Below are positions 37,901-52,699 of a DNA stretch of 64,000 nt, piece by piece. The notes beneath the pieces were generated by a model that saw only the letters and a program-made list of their open reading frames with translations, had not been told where the DNA came from and ran no database searches. The DNA is from Epiperipatus broadwayi (Eukaryota; Animalia; Onychophora): assembly GCA_028023455.1 (NCBI GenBank), contig JAQFVV010000008.1:9796001-9860000 (forward strand). Reading direction: 5' to 3'. Positions within the stretch are counted from its first letter, which is position 1, and the number at the start of each line of letters is the position of its first letter. Made by a program: the position numbers and the translations under genes.

Positions 37901-38541
37901 AATAATGGTACATCATTTTTTGCTAAAATAAAACAAATTCATAATTTTTAATCCCTTTCTAAATGAAATTTTCTTCCTTGCTTGACATTGTAAAGTAAAT
38001 GTATGATGTTAAAATCCACTCATTCTAAAAGTTGACAACATTCTGATTTACATATATCAGCAATGACTACCATGAGAAATTGAAATTATAAATACAGGTG
38101 TAAGAAAATCTGAAAGAAGGTGTAAAACAGTTTGTATTGGAAGTTTGTAAATATTGCATATAAAATTATCCGAAGCAATATTATATGAACTAATTTCAAT
38201 AAAAAATTATTTGTGTTATGATTTGAAATATAAATTATATTGTTTAAAATCAATTCTATCAAGAGTCATTGTAAATACAGGAATTTTAAGAAAGTATATA
38301 TTATTAGAAGAATGATGAATCACTTGAAGTACAGTTACTTAAGTGAAATACTGAAGAATTTATAGAGAATTCCCAATTGTAATATCCTCAATGTTTAATT
38401 AAAATAATTTTATTATTTTCTGGGTGAAATTTATAGAAGATATATTTGTTGCTCAAAGTATTGTGTGGGTGCCAGCACTAGTCACTTTTTGAGAATCTAG
38501 GAACCTCATTTCTTGGCACAACTATCTTCTATAATATCACC

Positions 38542-38670
38542 AGAGTTCATATTAATAGTTTATTTATTGTTTTTTCATACTTTACTGTCATTAACCAGGT
38601 CATCGAGATAAACACTAGAGTTCATATTAATAGCTTATTTATTTTCATAATTTGTTATCGTTAACCAAAG
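38542..38670. repeat. Diverged tandem duplication, period ~75 bp
   Basis: AGAGTTCATATTAATAG.TTATTTATT at 38542 and 38617, followed by similar tails. Confidence 0.7.
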
Positions 38671-40046
38671 TTATCATTTGAAGTTGCTTTGTTTGTGGAC
38701 ACAATTTGTTTCACATGCTAAGCATGCTGCTTGCAAATTGGGCTGTGGAAAGGTATCAGCTATCTTTACATTTACAAAAAAAGTGGTTGATAAAACAATT
38801 ATATGGATTAATACGGTAATTTTACTTATTAATTGTATTAAGCAGTTATCCTTTATATAAAACCAATCACTCATTAACTGATTCACAATAATGAATTAAT
38901 TAAATCGATCCTATATAATTTAGGACAGAATTTAAAATGATAGAATCTAGATACAAAGATTCTAGATTAAAGCTCAAATTGTCACTTCTGAGTGCCTACC
39001 CATTTGATTATTTTATAATTGTTAAAAATATTTCATCTCATTCATCTTTGGATCATTTTGGGGATATTTTTAACTTAATATTGGAGCATTTCTTTAATCA
39101 TTTTTAGTCTTGGCATATCTTTCTTTTGCAATAATTTTCTATTTTATAATTGCAAATATACAGGTTATGCTTTTGTCTTAATTTAGCATATATATATGTA
39201 TGCCAAACATAGTTATCAAAATCATTATTGATTATCAAAAAAAAAGTCTTGTGTATCAGTCTTCAGATATTCAACTAGTGCCTTAAGTCATCAATCATTT
39301 ATCGTTTTGCATTTATAGAAAAAATAAGGGGAGACCCTTTTCCTCTTGAGATTTTGAATCAAAAGAAATTTCTTGTTTAATTCTATATATTCTTCTCATT
39401 GCAGATGTTATTATTATGATTCTTTATATGGAGGTCTATTTATCAACAAACCTGAGTTTACTGGTTTTTCCCTCCGAATTTAAGATAACATTGGTCTTCT
39501 CAATTTACTAAGTTTTAACTAAAACATTAGTTGAATTTTTTTGAAGATAGAATTATTCTGTGTGTGAATGATATTTTTTAGATATAATTATAAAGACAAT
39601 TAAATTATGGCTTTGCAAGAGACTGAAAAGTTGTTAACAGATGCAATAGTTAGTGATCATAGGCTGAGGTGCCAAAAATGTAATTGTGGACCCAGGTTGC
39701 CATTCCATGATGACTTAGTTACCTATAATTGTAGTTCACTTTCAAGTGAAGTAAAATTATATAAATTGAAGAACTGTTTGATATTAAATAGGAAGGACTG
39801 CATGAAGTTAGGTTTGAAGAGAGAATTTGTTTGTAAATTGGACATGTTGTTTAGAACAAAAGTTCAAATATTGGAAGCACAAGTGAAGTGGGTGGAATTC
39901 ATTGTTAAGTAAAAGTGGAAAAACAGTATGAAGATTAACAATACATCAGACAGTGGTGTTATTAGTTATTTTCTTTAATGGGAGATATGAAATGTAAATA
40001 ATTTGTTAATCGCAAGTATTGAAGGAGGATCTCTATATACAAAATT

Positions 40047-40129
40047 GTTTGATCACACCAAACAACATTTTAAAATTGTCATAGAAGACGTTTGATCACA
40101 CCAAACAATTTAAAATTATCATAGAAGAC
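40047..40129. repeat. Tandem duplication, 43 + 40 bp, inside the RTE LINE
   Basis: GTTTGATCACACCAAACAA...ATAGAAGAC occurs twice. Confidence 0.9.
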
Positions 40130-40834
40130 CAAAGTTAAAACTAGAAAATGATTATGAAAATATTATGGTTAAATTTGATTATGGTGACAGAAATGAGAGA
40201 GGACTCAGACTTGTGGAATTTTTAGAAAAAGAAAAAATGTATATTACGAATTCTGTCTTTGATAAAAATGGTATGGAACTATCCAAATGAAGATAGAGCA
40301 GAATTAGATTATATTTTGATTAACAGGAAATAACATATTTTATGATTGTAATGTTCTATTAATACGTTCAACATAAAAAAATAATTGTCGATTAGAGATA
40401 TGTAAGAAATATGCTAATGCAAATTAGAAATACAAAAATTAAAAAAAAAATACAATATTTGATAATTCTAACCTTCTGAAATACTTCAATGAATTTAAAT
40501 TAGAACTTGCAAATCTTAAAATATCAACAGTTTTTGAAAATAATTAGACTTAACACATCAATGAGAAAATAATTTACACTACTAAGAACTATGACTAAGT
40601 TGGCTGGTATAAAAAAAGCTATTCACCACTAAATTTTCAACTGAGAAAAGATATTTTTAAAAAAGGAAGAGTTTTTAAAAATTGTTTGAAAAAGAATTAA
40701 TACTGTTATAAGAAAGTATAATTGTGAATTGCTATAGAAGAAAAAATCTCAAAAGTATAAAAGATTTTAATATTGGAAGAAAAGTTGTTTATAAGATAAT
40801 TGAATTATTCCAAAAAAAAAGTTAGACATGAAGA

Positions 40835-41285
40835 ATTTATAATTTTTATTAGTTATTCGTTAGACTAGAGATTATCCAATGAATAATATTTCTGTAGAAT
40901 AATTTTCATTACACCACTCGCGCAAGGTAGGGAATGGTTTTATCTGTTTTTAACACATTTTGGAGAAATGTAATTGTAAACATATGATCAAAGATGTTAA
41001 AAGATATATGATTCCCAAGACGCACACTTTATGCTAACCAGCACTCATCAGTTGGCTCAGACCATGATCTCGTACATATTGTTATTGTTTGGTATAGATG
41101 ACAAATGACTATGGTTTAATTGATGTAACAAATGTGCAACCTCACAACTTTGACACAATTCACTTGGTGAAAGTATATTTATAATTTTTTTAGTCTATAT
41201 ACTAGAAATTATTCAATAGTGAATATTTCTATAGTGTAATTTTCATTACACCACTCATGCCAAGTAGAGAATGGTTTTTATTGGC
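40835..41285 (-). mobile_element. Retrozyme-like element C (~1.3 monomers, period ~342 bp) inserted inside an RTE LINE
   Basis: Block ~40835-40950 recurs, diverged, at ~41177-41285. The element contains a hammerhead remnant related to family A. A reverse-complement fragment of the repeated block also lies at ~61400-61490. No clear TSD found. Confidence 0.6.
41015..41055 (-). ncRNA. Degenerate type I hammerhead ribozyme (C)
   Basis: Minus strand reads CCAA CTGATGA GTGCT-GGTT-AGCAT AAA GTGTGC GTC TTGG. Stems I and II, CUGAUGA and GUC are intact; GAAA is damaged. Closely similar to the family A hammerhead. Confidence 0.65.
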
Positions 41286-44200
41286 TTTTAGTTAACGGCA
41301 GGAAAATTTAAACTACAATTAATCTTCTGAATTGCTAAACATTTTAAAGGAAGAGGTGAGACAATTAAGTCTTTATGGAAGTGAAAAAATTATTAAAAAA
41401 ACTACCAAATATCTGAATGCTAAATGATTGAAAAAAATAGCAGTAATATTGATATTTTAGAAAAAGAATATTAGAAATTATAGATATATTAGTTTTCTAT
41501 AAAATCTTGACAAGACATTTGCAACTTGTCTATGACAAACTTTGGACTTACAAATAACTTAGCTCAATGGATCACTTCCAAATATTAAATGAAATTATAA
41601 AAAGGACCAATGAGTATAAACTATATACTTTGGATTTGGAGATTTTGAAAAAGCGTTTCCAAAGTGATTAATTAATCATTAAGATATAGATCCAGAATAT
41701 TGTCATTCTGAAAGATATCGGAATGCAGTGATTTGATTATATGTTGATGCTAAGATTAGCATTTATAAGGACATATGACACATTAACTCCATACTTGGAA
41801 CTTACTTAAGTCATTTAAATTTTCCAACTGATGGTGTTTGCTTCCAAGAAATATTGCAAGAATTATTAGATGAAAGTAGGTATAAAGATAAATGCTGAAA
41901 ATATTAATGTTAAAAGATTTTTCTCATAAAATGATTAATCATGAATTAGTAGAATAACAACAAATGCTTAAGTAAATTTTTTAAATATAAATGGAAACAA
42001 TGGATGAACTTAATCTTCAAATTAAATCTGGATAGAATGCTTTTGATTAAAATAACTTTAAAGAAAATATGCCCATGTCTTTGAAAAGGAAGTTTTTTAA
42101 ATGGTTTATTTTACCAATTTATACATAGTGTAAGATTTGAACACGTAAAGGGAAAATGGTAGAAGGACTTCAGATCATTCAGTGAAGTATGAGATGTTTG
42201 TTGAAAGTAACTTCCTATTACCCAAATATTTTTGATAGAAAACAGTTATCATTGAAAGAAAAGACTAAAGTTGGGTTGGACATACTCTTAGAAGTGGTAA
42301 TCCCAGGAAATTGTAGACAGATGGATGAAATAAATTTGTTGACGTGATGAGAATTATGAATTGGAGAAAGTGGATTAAATTTAGAGAGCTTCATGCAGTG
42401 GATCGATAAAATTGGAAAATAAACAATTTCTTTTTTATAATTACCAGTAAATTAGATTAAAGTTATTAGCCACTGTTCTAATTGATAAATTATATTGCAA
42501 ATATTAATTCAGCTTAACAGTGATTCTAAACTTTAATTATTTTCCTATGCTTTACATGACTATTTCAGTTATATCCTTTTATGATTATATCCTCAACTGC
42601 AGAAGTCAGTGTTTTTTGGCACTAGATATGCAATATTAAATGATAGCTAGTATTAACAAATTATCACCATCAATGATTGTTATTATTTGGTACTCAATTT
42701 TTTTTTTTATCTGATCTGCTTCCATACTAAAAATATCAAAATTTTAGTAGTTTCCCCCACTTTTGTTTATATGTAAAATTCCAATTTCACTTTTTCTAAG
42801 TAACAGTTCAGTAATTAATGCTCTTTGAATCAAACATTTTTTTGATTGAAATTTAATTCATTTTGATTCAAAAAATATCTTTCACTTTAGAAATATTTTA
42901 TTTATTTGTGTTAATTTATCTGTAATTATTAAGTAGTAATTTGAATTTTTTTTCAGTTGATTTTTTAATTTGCTTTGTTAATTTTTTTTTTTTTTTAATT
43001 TAAAGTAATTGTAGTTAATAAATATAATTACATGAAAGCTTTCTATTATTTTTTTATATTTAAATAAATCTTAAAGCTGTTTGGTAGGACTGATTATTGG
43101 TTGACACTTATAGTTAGAGAAAATAGCGATAATACTAATACAAATTGGCACCACTAAACACAAGCCTAATTGCAATGAAAATTGAAATTCTGAAGGGAAT
43201 TATTTTCTATAATACTTAGACTCAAAAATAATGAATATGAGTTTAGAAAACTTAAGAAGTTATAAATAGAAGTAATCAAAAAGATTACTCCTACTTTTTA
43301 TACTAAAATCTGTATGGTTTCATTTTCCTCCTATTTTTGCAATTTTTTTATATTTTTGTTATTGCTTTTATTTTATATATAGGCAGCAGAGGAATACAAT
43401 GGTGATGAAAGATGATAATAGTAAAATTATTTCAAACTATGTGGGAGAGCCTTTATAACCTAGATATGAAAAAAATTTATGAATGGCATAAATTCCATCA
43501 TAAGCTTACCAGGAGTCTGACATATTGGTATTTTATAATGATAACTATAGCCATGTCTCAGAGGTGGGGTCTGAGTATTCAATTCACCTGCATTAAATGT
43601 AATTTCATATATTTGAGTAATTCTAGACTATTATAAAAAGTTACTTAGTTTACTAACGAGAAGTTACATAATAAACTTTTATAGTGTAATTTAAAAATAC
43701 AATGGCTATTTTAATATATGTTATTTGTATAATTATCATAGTGCATTTCTATTATAATATTTTATACTAAATATAGCATGCAATGTACTGTTGAAATTAG
43801 AAGTTATCAAATGTGAGCAAAATTTAGATATCGTTATTTAAAAATATAATACTATGTCTAAGGCTATCATTAGATTTTGATAAGAAATGACAGTGATCAA
43901 TTGAAAATAAAATTACATTGAAAATTATAAAAGAAATGAGTAAAAATTTGTGGTACATACTAATAAAATTGCTGTGGTAATTTTATTCCAAAATAAATTT
44001 TTAATATCCAACATATAACAAAAAAAATAGTTTCTGTTCTCAAATTCATGTATCCAGCAATAAAGAATAAATAAAAACTTAATTTTTAAAAATACTGAAG
44101 ATCCTGAAAAATATTGCCAAATTTTTATTACTAGTTATTTGAAAATTAATAAAGAAATTCTTTGTTTTGCTGAAGAAAAGGATTCAATGACAAAAAAAAG

Positions 44201-47200
44201 TTTAATTTTAAAGTACATTGATAAAAAAAAATTGCAAAACATATATATAAGAGATGAGTAATTACAATTTGTGGTTCTCATACAAGATTTAGTAATATGA
44301 TGCAACAATATATTCATTTTTATTAGAATATCAGATTATTTATGTCAGCTATTAATAATGCTTTTTTATCAGTCAAAATTTTTTTGAACATTTATATATC
44401 TTTAAAGATAAATTCGGGTAGATAATGTTATTAAATAACAAAAGGCTTATGTTGGGAATTATATTCACAAATCTCTTGACTTGGATAGCTTTTTTAAAAA
44501 TTTCTTTTTTTATTTAATTGAAAGTATCACTAATACATCACAAAGCATTTACCAAAAAGAATATTAGATTGGAATGTGAATAAAATTTAAGGTTCAATTT
44601 GCACCATAGTTCTTTTGCTTAATTTCTAGATTGGTTGGAGTTTTTAAAAAATATCAGTTTAGCAAAAAATAATGGGTATACTATTGTTCAACTTGTAGTG
44701 GTTAGTTTCAATTTAAAACATCTTACATAATCATTAAATTTAAAGATACCACTGAAAGTTAAATATTGTTAAACTTGCTATATCAAAAAACTGCTTTGTT
44801 TGAAGAAAAAAAAAACCTAGTATAACCTTATTCTATGAAGTTATATCTGAAAGATTTAATGCAAAGCAGTAATCTGTGTTCAACTTGAAACAGATCTACA
44901 TAACCATAAAATGTATAATTACTTTTTCATAGAAGCACAACAAAGGGCAATTATTTGGTTAGTAGTTACAGACCTGACAGGAAAATGTAATACTATGCTA
45001 GGTCACAAGACAAGAAGCAAATATATATGTATATTCACACATATCTACCTCCAATCAAATTATGTCATTTTATTTATTTTTTAAATTAAATGCATTTAAT
45101 ATGTCTTCAAAATAGCAAACAATATAATTTGCTGGTGAAATTATACTTAAATTCAGATTTAGTAATACCTTTATGGGGATGGCTTCACTATTGAAATGAC
45201 TTTTTTTATTATTACATTAACTTTTTTTACATATTGATGAGAAATAGTTATTTATCAAGTATAACATTCATAGAAAGAATAATCATCTACTTTTATATGT
45301 ATCGCTGGAGAAATAAAGATGCTGCTGTATTTAAATTTAGGCATAGAAAGTATATTTGTTATCATGACTTTGCTATTCATTAAAATGACTTGATTATCTT
45401 TTTTTTATATGTAATCTAAAATTGTTGACAGAACATTATATCTAATTTTTTAAGAACAATTTGTGCTTGATGTATTGATCTTTCATATTCAGTTGATTAG
45501 TTATTTGGCATAAATGTAATCAGATTTTTGTTCTGAATGTGGATGCAAAGATAAATTTTACAGAATTTAGCATCTTTTTTAGTGAATGATGGAAAAAGGT
45601 AACTTCAATAGTTTTCTTTCCAACTTTTCTTGGCCAGCTTGCCAAGAAAACTATATGTAAATAGTGATACATATATTGATACAACAACAAAGTAATTTTT
45701 TAGGAGAGTTGTTATACATTGGAAGTCAATTAAGGCAATATGATATTAACAAAATTAGCAATATTTTTCTTCAAAAAAAAATTAAAATAATTTATTGTAA
45801 ATGATATATTTGTAAATACTATTTTGGAAAATACGTTTTAAAATGAAGGCTTTGTTTTTAGTGACATTGTTACTTTTTTCCCATTTTTAGAAATTGATTT
45901 GTTGTGTATATGGATTTTGATACTATCCAAATAGACATCATTAAACATAGAGTTCTGAAACTTTGGTATAACTCAAAACCTTTGAAAAAATTAGATTCTA
46001 GTAATTTGGAAGTTATTAATGATAGAGGCCAAAATAGTATTTTATAACTGTTTAATTTTTCAATATTAAAACAAAGTGAAATTTACCCATTGTTATATAC
46101 CTAAGTAAATATTGAAAATCTTATTTAAATCATCATGATTGACTATGCTTCAGTCCATTCTGGATGATTATTTCTGTTGTTTTTGTGTGTGTATGTGAAA
46201 GTAAGAAGTTAATTATGTTTTTTTTTTTTTTTAAAAAAAACTACTTAGAAAAAGATGATCTTATTTTTAATGTTAAAAATGTACTGCTAACCTAGTGCAA
46301 ATTTGTATCTGGATAATAGCCCATTAAGTTGATTTCTGTGAGTTAGAAATGCATTTTTAAAGCAATTTATCTTGAGATTAGTTTATCCTTTTAATATGAA
46401 TACCTCATTAATTTAAATTTTTCTTTAGTTATAAATTGTATATATATATTTAATTCTGAAAAAAATTAATGCATTTTATATATATAATAAATATCTTAAA
46501 ATAAATTATCAAGCAATATTATATTTATAAATGCAATTTTCCATATTTATCATGTGGTTGAAGTGTTAGTATTCAATCATTTATAGTTAAAATCTGCAAA
46601 GCGCATGTGTAACAGTTTAATGCTGTTTAAATATTACAGTTTATAAACATCGCGCTATATAAAATAATTGATTTATTTAAAGCAATATTGAAAAAAATAT
46701 AGAAACAATATAAAGTTATAATAGTATGTGTTAACATTTACTGAAGTTTAATAACCTGAAAAGAATCATAGTTTAGGTATATTCTTTACAGGAATAAGGA
46801 AAAATAGTTTTGCTGCAAAACATTAAATCTGAAAATAATCTTGTGCTTTAATCTTAGGAGGCTCATAAAAAGTTCGAGCACCAAAAGTGGCAGAACTGTT
46901 AATGATCTTGAACTCCACAGTCTGCCATTCTCTCACTTCACCAAAACTTGGAGGACTTGAATCCTATGAGAGAATGATGTTGTTAAATACAAATATATTA
47001 AGTGAATTTTTACTTTGACTATAGCATTTTAACAATAAGATAGATGGAAAAGAAAATAAAGCTGGAACTAAGCTGTAAAGTATTGGTGTATATTATATTT
47101 TGTGCTATGCTGTATTCAAAATTATTGAAAGAAAAGAATTTTCTTATTAACTTAGAACTAAGTCCATAAGGAAAAAATATTTTGGTATATAATTTATATA

Positions 47201-47382
47201 TGTAAACGTTAGCAGAATAGAAAATTCACTTCAATGCTCATGTATTTAAAAGTTTTACTAAATATTGTAATTAAGGAAGTCTAGAAACTTTTATATATTT
47301 GTTTATATGATTGAAATACGTGAGTGCATGATATTGTCAATTATTATATTAAAGGATGTGTACATATGTAATTTGTCTACAT

Positions 47383-47782
47383 CAGGAGTGTCCAATCTTT
47401 TGGCATCTCCGTGCTACTTCGAAAAAAAAGTTGTCTTCCTCCACACATTAAATATACAAATATTACCGAAAGCTGATAAGCAAAAAAAGTCCTTAAATAA
47501 TAATTCTAATTATGCAGCAACCTATTTGGAAAGTCTTGAAATCATCAAGCAGGTTCCAAGTTTGTAATCACTAGTATAGAAAATGAATATATCTAAGTAA
47601 TAAAACTATTTTATTGTAAAAGCAGGAAATGTAACTAATTGGATATTTGAATGCATATGTACATTTAATCACATTACAACACCCAAAAATTGTTTTAATT
47701 AAGTTTAGGATTTTGCATTGGGCCTCATTCATAGCCATACTGGGCTATGAATGAAACTTGGTGCTGCAGGTTGATACCCCTC
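47383..47782. mobile_element. hAT-Charlie MITE, MER30-like
   Basis: The 5' end CAGGAGTGTCCAATCTTTTGGC...TTGTCTT..CCACACAT.AAATA.AC..A.A.TA.CGA.AGCTGAT.AGC and the 3' block AAGTTTA.GA.TTTG..TTGGGCC.CATTCA.AGCC..CTGGGC..TG...GGTTGATACCCCT match my recollection of MER30. The left flank GTCTACAT fits the Charlie target preference; the right TSD is not recovered. Confidence 0.65.
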
Positions 47783-48699
47783 ATGTCATTACGCATACTA
47801 AAAATGAATGAACATACCAACTTTAATTTTTTTTGCATATTTTCTAGAATTAACTATAGAATGAAGAATATAAATTCTAAAAGTTTAATTTCAGTTTGAC
47901 TATAAATTTACCAGTATTAACTCCAAATCTCATAGTAGGGTAATTAGGATTTATAAAAGGTTAAAAATGAGTTGATAAATTTTATTCATTATTTAATTTA
48001 TCAGCTTTAATTGTTAATTTGATTTTATTATTTTGATATTACTTAATAAAAAAAATTTTATTTTAAAAAAGCTATGTTTATTGAATTAATAATAAAGCCG
48101 TAATTCACATGTTGAGTTAGTGTTATGGGAATTATAAATCTTATGAAATAGATTATATCTGTTTGGCAAGAATAGATGTACTGTTCCTAGATATTAGAGT
48201 ATAGCTTATTTTCATAAAGAAAAATATATCAATTTTTTTAGAAGTAATTTTTTTGTAATATTTTAATTATGATTAAAAGTAATAAAGTTAGTCATAAATG
48301 ATTATTTAGATATTAACTGCAAGTAAAATAGGAATATATCCACACAGTTGTATTAAATATAACTCTAAACTCTACAAGTTGGTGATACTCAACAAATTTT
48401 ATGTCTGCTATGTAAAAAAATTTGAAATGTGTGTTATAACTTATCAATATATGTAAATTATCATTTGTAGTAATTTTCATTGTTATTGTAAAATATTTTG
48501 TAATGTGACTCCTATTAAAACACTATGACGAATTCACACTTGGGCACAAATATAACTGGCTCCAAGTAAACAAGATAATAGCTTACTAGTCCAGGTATAT
48601 ACTGATAAGTACACTGAGGAACATTATCAGTTTATTACCTATTACAATGTTCACAGTAATATTTCCTGCTCATCATAATATAACCTATGATATCTAAGG

Positions 48700-49830
48700 T
48701 GACTAAAATATTCTGGCTGGTTATTAAAGATCCAGAACTGCACCATTAGTAACTAGGGTTGAACTTATACCCTTTTGTAGAAATTCTACTAGCATTGAAT
48801 CAGAACTTTGGGATTCATGAAACTCACTAGCAATGTTATGTACTACTATATTAACTTGATGAAATGTACAAATGGAAAAGTGAATAAAGCAAATGTAACA
48901 ACAGTTTATTCTAGTAGTAATATGCAAAATATTTACATCCTCTGACATAATTTTCATAGCCCTTGACAAGGCATCTGCATCACTAAGTAATGATAAATTA
49001 TATTACCCTTTTCTTTTTATATAAATTAAATAAACACAAAGAAATTGCACATGCTTCATCAAGGTTGAATTACATATGGGCATAATAATCATAATATATC
49101 GAATCCCTCAAGAATAGGATAATGCATAGAAAATATACACCTTACTTGAAAATAAAGATATATATACAGAGTAGACTGGTTAATATAAAGAAAAATTGAT
49201 ATGGATTAAATGTTTATATAATATAAATACTTTTTGCTTTTAGTTTGTCTTTTGCCATCAAAAAGGTTGTTATAGAAAAAATTGATACTTTGATTGTCCA
49301 TCTATAATAATTGGTTATTTTTTCTTATTTTCCATTTAAAATGAATTCTTAGTCCATTGATTACTTTATGCAATTTGTGACTGGATTATAACAATTTTTT
49401 TTAATAGTTATGGAATTTGCAAGATATTAACATGGCTGGTAGTATTTTTTCATAATTGATCCATGAATATCTGCTCATTATTATGCCTCAGTAGATCTTT
49501 TCTTCTTGGTTGTCACGTGTATGTGATAGAACTGGGGTGGAGCCAAAGTTTTCTTCATACTAGGTCATTTCTTCCATCATGAGCTTTTATAGCAAACCAT
49601 TTTTCTAAAATTTTTAACTCCTATATAGGGAATCTGCACATTTGTAGAATAATGCATTCTTTATACTGTTGCAACTTGTAGTGCATATATTCACCATCTG
49701 CATGGTCTACTGTATTCTGCTTCTGAAATGTTCTTTGCCAAAACATTCTGACCTACGTTTACTGTGACAGCCTTTTATAGCTTATCAAATTTAATTGCTT
49801 TTCTGCAATTTTATTAAGTGTTTGTCAAAA
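48700..49830 (-). mobile_element. Gypsy-type pol remnant (RT-RNase H-integrase junction)
   Basis: Minus-strand DADALSR (~48975-48955) followed by EFHES, and a degenerate DYRKLNAVT-like segment near 49790-49770. Confidence 0.45.
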
Positions 49831-50999
49831 AGCAGCTTAATTATGCCCCCTCCCCATTACAAACTTTTTTTTTTTAAAGAATAGATCATGGTTAAGCGTA
49901 ATTAGAAAAAGGAGAAAAGAAAAACATTCTTAGTAATAAATTTGTATTACGAAACAGCATTTTTATAAATGAAATCTAGTTAGAAATTCCATAGCAGAGT
50001 TGATAATTTTTATAAAACTTTGTCTTTTACAAAAATTAAATTTTGTAATTTATTAAAAACCTTTTTTTTTCTTTTTGTACAGAAATATTAGAGATGAAAT
50101 GTGAAACTTTATTACTGAGGATTTAGATTTTAAAGAAGCAGTTAATTGTCATATTTGATACTCATATTTAATGTTTGGAGCTAGTTACAATATCCCTGCT
50201 TAACATGGTGAATGAAATTGCATTTAATTATATCAAAAATTTGTTTGCCTAGATCAATTTCACTTCACATTCTTAAACATTTAATCTTGCACTCAGCTGT
50301 TTTTAGTATTATCACAGACATGAGCTGATATGCTACTGAGCTATTTTGATATTAGTTTGTTCGTGATTAATTTGTTTCTTGGGATTTGGGTGACTTTCCG
50401 CAAGTAAAAAGTATGATGGATAGAACAATCGGATCATAAATACACAGTGCAGCATGAAAGCCAACTCACTTTAAGCACATGGTGCAACTTACAACTTGGA
50501 AGGTAGAACAAAACCAAATTTTTGACATAATGAAACCTTTCTCGTTAGACATGAGTCTTGGAGGCCTGTGATACATGACAATTCTGCCTAATCACCATGG
50601 AAGATACTTTATATTAAACCCTGTTCCTTTGAGATTTAGGGGCTACTTTTGATGACTGGGTAGGTACAGATATATAATTCCCTCAAGCATCATGAACACA
50701 TTGCATCCTCATGACAATCTTCCATCCATCAACACTTAGAGTAACGCAACAAATAGCTAAACATCAATGGATTTAGTCAGTCAGTTTTGGTGTAGTTATA
50801 ATTTTGTAATTCATTCTAACATCATTTATAAACTTTTTGACAGATCCAGAGTGATTAGAGAATAGGCCATTCTTTATTGCAAAATTTAATCTTTACTCCT
50901 TTTCGAGTACTTATTCACCAGTGGTGAGGTCATTTGGAAGGATCTGAAAATTTTCTTGTTCTTTTCACTCTGAAATGGATCTTTATCTTGTCTGATTAC

Positions 51000-52140
51000 T
51001 ATTTCATTTTTCTATGTCTTTTTTTTTTTCATTCACACAACAATGACAAATATATTTATTTTCTTTGGTAATATTGGTGTTTGACAGTTTTATCATTTTC
51101 AATCTTAGGTGAATTTTAATTTTCCACTTATATGTTGCAGAGCACCTCTATCATTGGTTTTCTGAAGTAATTCATCATTTCTCCCTTTAAATTTTATGTA
51201 ACAAAACTCACTTTGTAAGTGAATCATTTTTAAACTTTGCTATAATTTACATACATAGATTAACATTTGCACTTATAAAGGGATTCCTTCCATTGTTCAT
51301 CATCATCACCTTTTTCATCAATTTCCCATTCACCAATTTCTGCATTAGTTTTTTCAATCAATGTTCAGATATAACATGCATTCATCACTTATTAGATAAT
51401 TATTTTATTCTAAATTACATTGCAAAGTTTCTCACCCAAATGTGCTCTGTAGTTCCAATAGTTTTTCCAACTCAGTGCTATCTCTTCTTGTGATACCTGC
51501 ATTGCATCATTTTTAGCTTTTCCTTTTGTTACAGTATCCTCTTTCATTTTCTTGGCAAATTTTTCATGGTCTTATATTTTTTCTATCATTTCATCCATGA
51601 AGTTTTTTCTATCAGCCATTTTTCAATTGGCTTTTATTATTTTCAGCTGTTTTATTAAACTTTTTTTCTATTTGGCCAGCCATCTTTTCCACTTGTGCTA
51701 TTAAACTTAATAGTGTTTTTGATATATCTGCTCTTTTGAAATTTCATGGGTTTTTTTTCAACATGTTCTTCATTATTAATTATCATGCATTGCTTTGTGA
51801 CATCTGTCTGGTCTGCTAACAGTACAATATTTTTTTCCAAATTTTGGGTTTAACATTTTTGCTTTACCTCTTGTTATCTTTTATTTACAAAAACTAATAT
51901 TTTTTTTAAAAAAATTCTTTTTTGTATATAAATAATTGTATAGTCCATCTTTCAACAATTCTGCTTAATTCCTTTTCATATCCAGTCCCATTTCCTCTTA
52001 ACTTATTTGCTAAATCATACTGGACATCAAATAGTTCATATCTTGATATTTCTTGAAGCCACCTGTAAACTATTCTTAAAACTGTCATAAAAATGGAAAA
52101 TACTAAAGCTATAGGTTGTTCAACTCCACTTATCATTTTT
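51000..52140 (-). mobile_element. Probable L1/Tx1-like LINE remnant (EN C-terminus and linker)
   Basis: Minus-strand ORF 51906-52136 resembles the APE C-terminal region, and QVSQEEIALSWKNYW resembles the EN-RT linker. Weak support. Confidence 0.3.
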
Positions 52141-52699
52141 AATGCTTCAAATTTTTTATACCAATTTATATTATGTTGAAGCTATATATTATGAATAAAT
52201 TTCAATGGACAAAAATATTTTCAAACAATCTCAACTGAATTTTTTTTTTTTAAACAAATCAATAAAAGCAATAGATAACTCTAGCATTTACCCATGAAAC
52301 TTCATTTATTTTTCTGGTAGCAAAACATCAATGTTTTTTGATTTTCTAAAACCATAATCGGTCTTATTTATTACTGAAAGCAATAAGTCATTTTTTCTGT
52401 AATATATAATAGTGGTATTCCCATGGTAATTACTGCATTTCTAGAATAAGGAGATGAGTTGTACCATCTGTAATAGTGTGAATATGTATATATTTAGCTG
52501 ATTGTAAAGATATTTAATGTAATTGCAGTGACAACATTACACTCCGAAAATGTACATATAAGCATGCTTTGGACTGGATAAAATTAATGCATGGTAAAGT
52601 ATTCAGATTAATACATAAACTGGACATATAAAAACTGCAAATAATTTAGCAAAGTGTATGTGTGTGTAAAAGATGCTCAAGATAACACAAATGGTAGTG

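Larger units (their letters stand above)
39700..42410 (+). mobile_element. Near full-length but heavily decayed RTE-clade LINE (EN-RT), interrupted by element C
   Basis: APE N-terminus TYNCSSLSSE (~39721), DRNERGLRLVEF (~40187), RT DFEKAF (~41640) and 3' end GCTTCATGCAGTGGAT (~42390) like the 3820 element. Confidence 0.75.
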
